From: Heterodontus francisci
Lineage: Eukaryota
Direction: 5' to 3'
NCBI RefSeq assembly: GCF_036365525.1
Contig: NC_090399.1
Span: 20,222,529 to 20,286,528 of the forward strand
DNA length: 64,000 bases
Shown here: positions 12,032 to 21,330 of the stretch, piece by piece
Numbering within the stretch: the stretch's first letter is position 1
Layout: each line of letters starts with the position of its first letter
Notes under the pieces: generated by a model
What the model was told of the DNA's origin: nothing
Database searches by the model: none
What the model saw: the letters and a program-made list of their open reading frames with translations, nothing else
Position numbers and translations under genes: made by a program

Positions 12032-12949
12032 TTTAAACCCCCCCGAAGAGCACTAGCAAATCTCCTCCCCAGGATATTGGTACCCCTCTGGTTCAGGTGA
12101 AGACCATCCTGTTTGTAGAGGTCCCACCTACCCCAGAAAGAGCCCCAGTTATCCAGGAAATCAAAACCCTCCCTCCTGCACCATCCCTGCAGCCACGTGT
12201 TCAACTCCTCTCTCTCCCTATTCCTCGCTTCACTATCACGTGGCACGGGCAACAACCCGGAGATAACAACTCTGTTTGTTCTCGCTCTAAGCTTCCACCC
12301 TAGCACCCTGAATTTCTGTCTTAAATCCCCATCTCTCTTCCTACCTATGTCGTTGGTGCCTATGTGGACCACGACTTGGGGCTGGTCCCCCTCCCCCTTA
12401 AGGATCCCAAAAACACGATCCGAGACATCACGAACCCTGGCACCTGGGAGGCAACATACCAACCGTGAGTCTCTCTCGTTCCCACAGAACCTCCTATCTG
12501 TTCCCCTAACTATGGAGTCCCCAATGACTAATGCTCTGCTCCTCTTCCCCTTTCCCTTCTGAGCAACAGGGACAGACTCTGTGCCAGATACCTGTACCCC
12601 ATTGCTTACCCCTGGTAAGTCGTCCCCCGAAACAGTATCCAAAACGGTATACCTGTTGTTGAGAGAAACGGCCACAGGGGATCCCTGCACTGCCTGCTGG
12701 TTCCCTCTCCTTCCCCTGACGGTAACCCATCTACCTACTTCTTTTACCTGAAGTGTGACTACCTCCCCATAACTCCTCTCAATAACCCCCTCCGCCTCCC
12801 GAATGATCCGAAGTTGCTCCAGCTCCAGTTCCCTAACGCGGTTCACGAGGAGCTGGAGTTGGGTGCACTTCCCGCAGATGCAGTCAGCAGGGACACTCTT
12901 GGCGACCCTTACCTCCCACATTCTGCAGGAGGAACATACAACTGCCTTA
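12028..12949 (-). CDS. CR1 ORF1 (zinc finger, coiled coil, SGNH/GDSL esterase); start codon lost by truncation
   Basis: CSSC...CGKC, LQLLVNRVRELELEQL, GDSIVR, HIGTND and DGLHLN motifs. Confidence 0.9.
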
Positions 12950-13089
12950 ACAGACTGGTGTACGTCAAGAATATCAATGTGATACCAAGAAACAACTGAA
13001 GACACTGGATGCTGCAAAGGCAATGGACCTTGACAACGTTCCGGCAATAGTACTGAAGACCAGTACCTGATATGAAATGTGACCCGTGG

Positions 13090-13672
13090 TAAGATGGAAT
13101 TTCTTCTGGAAATCGGTTTTGCAGGATGAATTTCCTGGAATATTTCCAGAATGTGTTGTGACAAGGTCCCAGGCTCATAAGGTTAAACAAGATGAGATGG
13201 ATTCAGATGTTTTCGAGGACAATTCTGATGTTTGGTTGGCTGAAATATTTTTCAGGGATTTGGATGAGGACATTGGTGTTAAAGGCTCCAAGGTTAACAA
13301 TGGGGAATTGTTTAGCAGATCTCCCGTGATTTTGGGATACAACAGGCAGATCCTGATTTTAGGAGCTTGTCTCAGGCGACCTGTTTTGAGCCACAGACTG
13401 AAAAGTTTTATTAGTGTTATTACGTCAAGAAAGAAGAGGAAGTGGAGACCTCTCCGCTGATGAGGATTGGACTGTAATCCATCAAATGGTTGTCCCTCCT
13501 TGCTATCATAGTGTAATTTAGAGAATTGCCAATGAAATCCCAGTCACAGGTCATTTGTGTTTTCCAAAAACTCAGGTTAGGGTAATGACATATTGTTACT
13601 AGCAAAGCTGCATCAGGATGTGGTTCACTATTGTAAGACATGCCACACATGTCAAATGGTTGGGATCCACAA
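13090..13672 (+). mobile_element. Degenerate Gypsy (Gmr1-like) pol fragment with an integrase zinc-binding region
   Basis: FPECVVTRSQ, then across frameshifts KWRP..ADEDWTVIHQMVVPP..GHL..KT..DVVHYCKTCHTCQMVG. Copies at about 29610-30195 and 50522-51108. Confidence 0.75.
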
Positions 13673-13859
13673 CCTATATCTTTTCCTTTGCCACCTATCT
13701 CAATAAAAGCAGATTTCCTTTCATTATCAAAAGTCTTTTCTTTCCAATTACTCTGAAAGTTTCCAAATTGAGGCCTGTGACAACTGCTTTGTGAATCAAT
13801 TCATAATCATGTGCTACTACTGCGGCTTCCTTTATTTTACAAACTTCATTTTTTAAAAT

Positions 13860-14225
13860 TTGTTTGTGGGATGTGGGCGTTGCTGGCTAGGCCAGCATTT
13901 ATTGCCCATCCCTAAATGCCTTTGAACTGAGTGGCTTGCGAGGCCATTTCAAAATGCTTTTTTGGGTCTGGAGTCAGATGGAGGTCAGACCACGTAAGGA
14001 TGGCAGATTTCCTTCCGAAAAGGACATTAGTTAAACAGATGGGTTTTTATAACAACTGACAAAGATTTCATGGTCACCATTAAACTAGCTTTTTAATTAC
14101 AGAATTGTGAAGAAAATTCAAACTTCACCTTCACCTATGGTGGGATTCGATCCCATGTCCCCAGATCTTTAGTTTGTGCTCTGGAATACTAGTTTAATGA
14201 CATTAACACTCTGCCGCGACCTCCC
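13860..14225 (-). mobile_element. Old tRNA-derived SINE remnant
   Basis: B-box-like GGATCGAATCCC on the minus strand near 14145-14155 and a LINE-like tail GGGCAATAAATGCTGGCCTAGCCAGCAACGCCCACATCCC. Confidence 0.65.
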
Positions 14226-14359
14226 CCATGTTGCTTCATTTGGAAACTTATTCCTGAACAAATAATATGTTTCAAATCTTCCATCAGAATTACTTCCCTC
14301 AGGCTCTCAAAGTCTTGTGCAATCTTTATTGACCTACACCGCCTATCAAATTCAATCGT

Positions 14360-14495
14360 GTCTTTCAACAGGAAATAGGAGAAATACTTGAAGGGAAAAG
14401 AAATGCGAGTAGACGGGGAAAGGACCGGATGTGGGACTAGATAAATTGCTCTTGCAGAGAGTAGGCACGGGCTTGATGGGCCGAATCACCTCCTT
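14360..14495 (+). mobile_element. Old CR1 3'-end fragment
   Basis: AATACTTGAAGGGAAAA...GGGACTAGAT...GATGGGCCGAATCACCTCCTTC resembles a CR1 3' UTR. Confidence 0.55.
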
Positions 14496-16487
14496 CACGA
14501 GGAGTGACAGCGCCCATTAAGGCCTGATCACTCACTAATCGAGGAAGAGGTCTTGCAAATAAAGATGAGTGTTGAGGCTGGAGGACACATCCTGCAGGTT
14601 TCTTGTCTAATTAACAGTGTGCCTGTTCTGAACGAAATCTCACACTGACACACAATGCATCGCAAAATTCAGCTGCTTTCAGCTGACGCTCATCAGTCTT
14701 TGCTTGACCTCAGTCCTAAATACTAATTCTTGACCTTCTGTTCTATTTCAGGGCAATGGAATGTGCCCAGAACCTGAGGTGTGGGAAATGGGTTGCACTT
14801 GTGATCATGCAGAAGCACCCACGCTTACTTCCGCAAGCATCAGCTCAGAGACTTGCATTGCCAGTACTTTAGTTGGTATGCAAGATGGTTATGGACTGTT
14901 CGACTCAAGGAGCACCAGAGAATGGAAAATGGGTAGCGGGATTGGATGGTTAGTAAGGGGCTTTCTGTAGGAAGAGCTAACATCTTAAAGAGCACAGCTG
15001 AAGATTTCGAGGACACAGTCAACATTCAAAAACTGATTCCTATTTACCAGGGCTATTTCAGTGCTTTGGGCAGCCTGCCTGCGATTCGACACACAATGAC
15101 AGAGAGCATGGAAAAATCCAGCTCCAGCTATTGGTGGGCGGGGTGTGGGGGTGGGGGGCGCGAGAGGGGGAGGCGTGTGTGTTTGTGAGGGGTGGGGTGG
15201 GCGTGTGAATGGATCATTCAGAACGGTTTTAACACCTTAATGTCGAGAATGGAGTGAGACAATTGAAGTCAACGGAACTGAGTATTGGAAGGGGCGCATA
15301 AAGGGCAGTCGATTCCATGCCACCCACATTGCTTTCATGCCAAAGGCGAACTGTTATCCTGTCGATACATAGACTGCTTTAGGGAAATAGCAGATCCACC
15401 TTGTATTCCTGCTGATTTATATTATTCCTTTTTAGTAATGCATCAAAGACAGCCTGCGCTACAATTAAACTGCTTCTTACAATACAGACATCAACAACGA
15501 CCTGCGGGGCACAAACCAGGCAGAACCACTTTTGCTGCCTTTTCTTCCAGATGCCGCTATTCAGTGCTATTGAAGTCAAGTAGATTGAATATCGGTAGGG
15601 GCGTGTAACAAGCCACCAATGCAATGCCACCTGCTTTGTCAATATCCACCCCCGTGTACTTGCATGGCATGTTTAATGCAGAAAACCATCCCAAAGCACT
15701 TCAGAGAGGCCGAATCAAATACTAATAGTTATTGAACCAAGAGTAATTCTGAGAATAGGATTGGTCAAAAAGGTGAGTGTCAGGGACTGTCTTGAAGGAG
15801 TTGAGGGATAGTAAGGTGGAGCGGTTTAGAGCAGCAATTCCACAGAGCGGGTGTCTGTGGCTCCAGGTTTGACAGCAAGAGGGGATCGAGTCTTTGCTGA
15901 AGATGTCGTAATTGAAGAGGGAGGACAGTTGGGATGTTAGGCATGGAGCAGGTCAAAGGGATAGAAAGAGAGAATAGGCTGAAGATCAGGGAGGGTGGCT
16001 AATCGGAACCTGGACAGTAATAATCGGCGTAGCTTTGACGTTAGACCATTGTGTCAAACCTGTGGTACGGACTGCACCACTCGGGAAGAAGCTCTCCTGA
16101 TTTTTATTTCCAACAAAGTCAAAATTACCCCACTTAGCTCTGCTGGCGTCAAAGGCATGAACCAGGGTTTGAACGTCTGATGCATTGACGAAAAGCTAGA
16201 GTTCGACAACATTAAGACAGTGAAACTTGTCGGTCTATATTCACTTCTCGGTTCAACCTAAACACAATGTCCCATTAACGCTGAGCTGCTGTGATCAAAA
16301 TGCAGCAACGGAGCAAGAGTCTCAGAGGCGAGGATTTTTTCAGTCTGAGATTGCACACTGTTTTTAACTCTCTGGGGATCGGGGAGTTCACGTTAATTGC
16401 TGGTTTATGAAGAGATGTAGTAACTTGTTTGTTTGAAAGCATCTAGCTAATGACACCGGTTCTGTGACCTCACTCTCTCACTGGACG

Positions 16488-16505
16488 ATTGGCTCGTGTA
16501 CAAAT
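16488..16505 (+). promoter_or_regulatory. Putative core promoter of GPCR copy 1: inverted CCAAT (ATTGG) plus variant TATA (TACAAAT)
   Basis: ATTGG at 16488-16492 and TACAAAT at 16499-16505, 60 nt upstream of the ATG. The paralogues have TATAAAT here. Confidence 0.5.
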
Positions 16506-16558
16506 GAGGTTGTTTCAGTGCATTGCCTCGCATCTACCGCTCCTGGTTTTCGAAGAAA

Positions 16559-16622
16559 ATGGGACGACAGGCACTTCCGATAGAAATGTTGTATCCTATT
16601 CTCGCAGTTATTGGCATTCCTG
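16559..16622 (+). CDS. GPR139/GPR142-like class A GPCR copy 1, exon 1 (MGRQALPIEMLYPILAVIGIP)
   Basis: AAAATGG Kozak context, 64 nt ending at a G|GTAAGT donor (phase 1). It joins exon 2 in frame to rebuild TM1 (GIPANLL). Confidence 0.9.
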
Positions 16623-17041
16623 GTAAGTAATTCGAAACTATCCTGAAAAATTTAGTGCACCATTGCTAAACTGCATTATTATTTTCCCTGTGTGTTTTTG
16701 TTATTGTCGTTGTTGTCTTTGTGGCGGTAATTTGCATTGGCCAGGTGGAAAGGACGATCAATAGAATGCTCGCCCATTGATGAGCTCGTCCGATTTTGGT
16801 CCCCTTTGATGTTTATGTTAATGGCTCAGTCCTGTTCTGTACCACTGGGCGGGCAGTCAATCCCTCCGCATAACAAAGTGAAAATGGACCCTGTGTCATT
16901 TGGACTGAGCTGTGGCTCTGTCGGTCGCAATCTCTGCTTTGAGTCGGATAATCTTGCGTTTCCCTCCCATTTCAGTGAGTTGAGTTCATACTGTAAGCTG
17001 CCATTTCGGTGCAATATTGATGAAGTGATGCTATATTGTCG

Positions 17042-17770
17042 AATCATAGAATGGTTACAGCACAGAAGGAAACCATTCATCACGTCGTGTCCATGCCAGT
17101 TCTCAGGGAGTGCAGCACAGCTCGTCCCATTCCCTAGTCTTTCCCCCTGAGCCCAGCATTTCTCACTTCAGATAAATATTCTATTCCCTTTTGAAAGCCA
17201 CAATTCAATCTGCCTTCACCACACTCTCAGGCAGTGGATGCCAGATCCGAACCATTCACTGCATAAGATAACTTTTCCTCCCCTTTGATTCTTTCACCAA
17301 ACACTTTAAATCGGTGTCCTCTGATTCTCGACCCTCCCGCCAATGGCAACAGTTTCTCTCTATCTATTCTGTCCTGTCCCCCTCATGATTTTGAATACCT
17401 CTATCAAATCTCCTCTCAATTATCTCTTCTTTAAGCAGAATAGTCCCAACAGATCAGTAAATGAAGTCCCTCATCCCCAGAACCATTTTGTAAATATTTT
17501 CTGCACGCTCTTCAATGCTTTCACGTCCTTCCTAAAGTGTGGTGCCCAGAATTGTATAGAATACTCCAGCTGAGGCCGAGCCAGTGTTTTATAATGGCCC
17601 GACATTAACTTCCTTGCTTTTCTACCCTATGCTGCGATCTATAAAGCCCAGGATCCGTAATCCTTATTTACCAATTTCTCAACCTGACCTGTCACCTTCA
17701 ACGATTTGTGCTCATACACCCGTCCCCCACATCCCCGCCAGAACCCTCTGCTCCTGCACCTTCTTTAGAA
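17042..17770 (-). mobile_element. Old CR1 3' fragment in the GPCR intron
   Basis: Minus-strand remnant YKTLARPQLEYSIQFWAPHFRKDVKALKRVQK and a TTCTATGAT-type tail. Also present in copies 2 and 3. Confidence 0.85.
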
Positions 17771-18692
17771 TTGTTTATCCATTATTTTATATTTCCTTTC
17801 CTCATTCTTAAAATCATCTTTTTATGAGACGTTAAAAAGTAACTGATTTAATTTTAATAAAAATGCAGTACTGGTTCAGCTGGATACAATCGTCATACTG
17901 CTAAATGTTGAATTAAATCTCAAACTATTCACGTATGGGGTAATTTTCACTTTGTATTAACATCAATGTGCAAGAAAGACGGAAGGGCTGTAAAATACGG
18001 GGCCCATTTGATATCAATTGCTTTTGTTTTTTTTTGCACGGCAATGAAAGTTAAAAATGTTCCCAAGGTTTCTATTTGCATTGAAAGTGAGATAAAACAG
18101 CATTAATCAGTAATAGGCAAGGAATGTTTATACGTTTTAACCTCATCGAACCGTAAAAAACTGATTGCATTGGATGAAACTCTGATTTTACCTGTCGCCC
18201 GATTTTCTTCTCTATTGAAGTCACTGTGAACAACATTGGACGGAACGAGCATCCCATAGAATCCGTCAGCATCCGGCCCAGCAAGTTACTTCCAAATGGC
18301 TCCCATTAATGTTTTCATATTAGAATATCTTGAAGTTACCGCAGGGAAAAAATGTCTGGCAAGAAGATGGGGAAGTATGCAGCAGCTGCTATGTGACAAT
18401 TTATTCCAATCCAGGTTAACTATTAGCTATATTGTGCAATGGGTAATACTGAATTCACCGCCCCTTGTACATTCAGCCTGTTACTCTCTTCCAATGACTT
18501 CCATGGAAAAAAAATGGATGGCCAATTAGATACCGCTATTTGACCCGGTCACACATGGCTAAAATTACCCCCGGTTCCTCCACCCCACAACTCCCAGCCT
18601 TATGATGCTTAACACCAGATTTCCAACTTGCTGTCAGTGTACATCTCTGTTGAATTTTTCTGTTAAATTTCCTGTTTTTGCATTTCTCCTAG

Positions 18693-19591
18693 CAAACCTG
18701 CTGTCATTTCTGGTTCTTTTCCAAAGGAAATGCGGTCTTTCCAAAGGAATCACTCATTATATGATGGCCATGGCCGTGGGAGACCTCATGGTCCTTATCT
18801 TTAATGTTATTGTGAGCCAAATCATCAAGTATCATTTTCCAGATTCATTGCTGAACTACACATCCACGTGTCGTTTTACTGTCTTCATGCAAGGGTTTAG
18901 CATTCAGCTCTCTATCTGGTTCACAATGTCGTTCACCTTTGACCGTTTTGTCGCAATTTGTTGCCAGAAATTGAAATCAAGATATTGCACCGAAAGGACA
19001 GCCACCATGGTTGTAACGGCCATGTGTGTGCTCAACATTTTGATCAATATTCCCATGCCTTTCCGCTATGAGCCCGATTATATTCTCAACAATATACAGT
19101 GGGGCTGCCGCACCATCACAGGATATTTTACTTCACCCGCATGGAAGGTTCACCAATGGATTACCAATCTCTCAAGTACATTACTTCCAATTCCTTTGCT
19201 GCTGCTGTTGAACTCTCTCACCGTCAGGCACATCTTATTAGCCAGTAGAGCTCGCAAAGCCCTGAAGAGCAACAACAATGGAAAAACCGGCAGTGATCCC
19301 GAGATGAAGAACAGAAGAACATCCATCATTCTACTCTTTGCTATCTCGGGCACTTTTATTGTGTTGTCGGCCCCTATTACCGTAATACACATTTGTGTCG
19401 GTGTCACACAGACACTCGATTTCCAAGGTTCAAACTCACTTTATTTGGCAATTAGAATCACATTTCTGTTGATGTGCACCAGCTCCTGTACAAACACTTG
19501 TATTTATGCACTGACACAGAGGAGATTCAGAGCGGAGATCAGGAATATGGTGAAATATCCGTATTATCTCATTGTTAAATTATTTAAATAA
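18693..19591 (+). CDS. GPR139/GPR142-like class A GPCR copy 1, exon 2 (spliced protein 320 aa)
   Basis: Polypyrimidine tract and AG acceptor at 18691-18692. Hydrophobic TM segments with motifs CGLSK, AMAVGDL, FTFDRFVAICC, an ECL2 Cys, LLNSLTVRHIL, DPEM.NRR and SSCTNTCIY..TQRRFR. Confidence 0.93.
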
Positions 19592-19597
19592 TTGTTG

Positions 19598-19603
19598 AAT
19601 AAA
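19598..19603 (+). other. Candidate polyadenylation signal AATAAA (a second one at 19876-19881)
   Basis: Starts 7 nt after the stop codon and is present in all three copies. Confidence 0.35.
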
Positions 19604-19899
19604 GTAAGTGATATCAAACTTCAATTAATTGCCTGGCATTTTCTTTGCAACTTTGCACAATGTCTTTTAAAGTTCTAAGGGCAACACAACCCACAGTTTG
19701 GAAGAGTCCACTTGATTTATAAATTCCACTAAGAATTTGAATAAGTTGAGGAGGCAGAATCATCCCCTTCAGAATCTCTGGTTACGGTTGTTTATCCGGT
19801 TATTAATGTCCACGCACTTGGAATGCCGAATTGGAGGATGATGTGACATAGCAGAGCACCTTGACAGGTTCAAATAATAAAGATCTTTCAACACACTGA

Positions 19900-20600
19900 C
19901 ATCCGAATTTGGAGCAGGAGGAGGCCTGTCATTCCTTCGAGCCTGCTCCGCCATTTGATAAGATCATGGCAGATCTGGTTATGGCCTCAAATTTCCTGTC
20001 TACCTGATGTAACGCTGACTCCCTTATCAATCAGGATTCTATCTAAAACAGCACCTCAAGAGTCAGATCACCATGAAATACAATGGGATATTGTGTTTGA
20101 TGGCAGGTGTTATGGAATATAAATATAGAGATTTAGTGGTGAATCTCTCCCAGACTTTTGTGAGACCAAACCCGCAGTATTTTGTGCTCTTTTGGACTCA
20201 ACACTGTTGGCCAATTTGGATGTAATAGTGAGGACACAGCGTAGTAAACTCACTAGCATGATGTCGGACATGAATAAATCCAAATATGAAAAATGAGTTC
20301 GTTCTCAATCAGAAGAGAAGAGATTTCAGGCTGAATTAATAGAGATAGTTGCAGTAATGAAAGCCTGGAGCAGAATAGATAGATCTTGAGAGTAAATGAA
20401 AGAGATTTAGGACAGAGAACAGAAGAAACTTTGTGATACCTAGAATTGTGAAGCTGTGACTTGGATTTTTGGAGTTATTGATTGAAGCAGAGACTGTGAC
20501 AACTTTAACGGGTTTGATATGATGTTTAAAGACCAATGAATAAAGTAATATTGGAGCAGTGCGACCAGATATGATTAAAACTATTGCTTATGTAGATGAC
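19900..20600. mobile_element. Old CR1 fragments in both orientations
   Basis: GGAGCAGGAG..GCCTGCTCCGCCATT..ATAAGATCATGGC is a minus-strand 3' end. It is followed by a degenerate plus-strand ORF2 C-terminal region. Confidence 0.55.
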
Positions 20601-20699
20601 AAATACAGACATGGGTTGATCTGCCCCAACGACCTGCTTTCGTGTTGCAATTTCTATGAAATTCATTTTTTCGTGTGGTAATTGATTTGTTTTCTTCTG

Positions 20700-21330
20700 C
20701 TGGCAAGACTTCATGTTTGGCCAATTCCTTGCAGCCCTGAGGATGTGATGGCCAGCCTTCAATTTTACCTGCTGCTCTCCTTCTGATGGTGCAGCAGCGA
20801 TGATGCCAGGAAGGGAATCCCAGGATACAGATACAGCGACCATGAACAAATTGTGACATATGTCTAAGCAAGAATGGTATGTGACTTACAAATGATGATG
20901 TTCCAATGACATTTTGTCCCTGTGTTTCTCGGTGGGAGAGGTTACAGGTGAGGAAGGTCCTGTCGAATTAAACTTGATGGCTTGCTGCAGTGCATCCGAT
21001 AAACTGTATTTTCAGGAACCATTGTGTGTCAGCTGCAGAGGGAAGGACACTGAGCTCAGGGACATGGGCACTGATGAAGGGAACTGCTCTGTCCCGTATG
21101 AGATCGAGCTTCTTGAGTTGTATAGTTCCTGCACCCATCCTGTCGATTGGTCTATATTCCCTCACACACCTGACATGTGGCCTTTACTTGATGTTGAGGA
21201 TTTGGAACGGGATCGGGGTGAAGGGAGAGGTGCGAGCGGATGTGTGCCACTCTGAGACGCTGTGGTACTGATAGTTAGCGGGTAAAACAATATCAAATTG
21301 ATGCAGTACGTATTGCTCTTATGAGATTTC
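20700..21330 (-). mobile_element. Degenerate LINE (CR1/L2 group) ORF2 C-terminal fragment; also at 1-290, about 37270-37900 and 58180-58810
   Basis: Minus-strand remnants REYRPIDRMGAGTIQLKKLDLIRDRAV and SWDSLPGIIAAAP..KLKAGHHIL resemble LINE RT C-termini. Confidence 0.6.

Larger units (their letters stand above)
9050..12949 (-). mobile_element. Young CR1 LINE, 3.9 kb, 5'-truncated near the start of ORF1
   Basis: ORF1 esterase plus ORF2 endonuclease/RT, with a (TTCTAA)n 3' tail. ACAGA flanks both ends (9045-9049 and 12950-12954). The empty site is in unit 2 at about 29474-29478. Confidence 0.97.
1..21038 (+). repeat. Tandem segmental duplication unit 1 (21,038 bp; phase set by the window start)
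   Basis: AGGGAAGGACACTGAGCTCAGG at position 1 recurs at 21039, 37609 and 58519. The ORF track repeats collinearly (481, 21519, 38089, 58999). Confidence 0.97.

Noticed and set aside
9583-12999. Plus-strand ORFs of 61-145 aa within the LINE
   Set aside because: They are antisense shadows of CR1 ORF1/ORF2 with no recognisable domains.
12950-13164. 378-aa ORF as a novel host-LINE fusion protein
   Set aside because: The first ~71 codons are flanking DNA outside the insertion and begin at TTG, not ATG. It is a chance open frame.
18602-18692. ORF-track N-termini of the GPCRs (MMLNTRF..., MLSVYIS...)
   Set aside because: This is intronic sequence including the polypyrimidine tract. The frame is not conserved between copies, and exon 1 gives a proper TM1.
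18693-19591. Gene-wide positive selection (dN/dS above 1) or a firm GPR139 orthologue symbol
   Set aside because: The hand count (about 17 non-synonymous to 10 synonymous) implies a ratio below 1 after site normalisation. Orthology cannot be set without a phylogeny.
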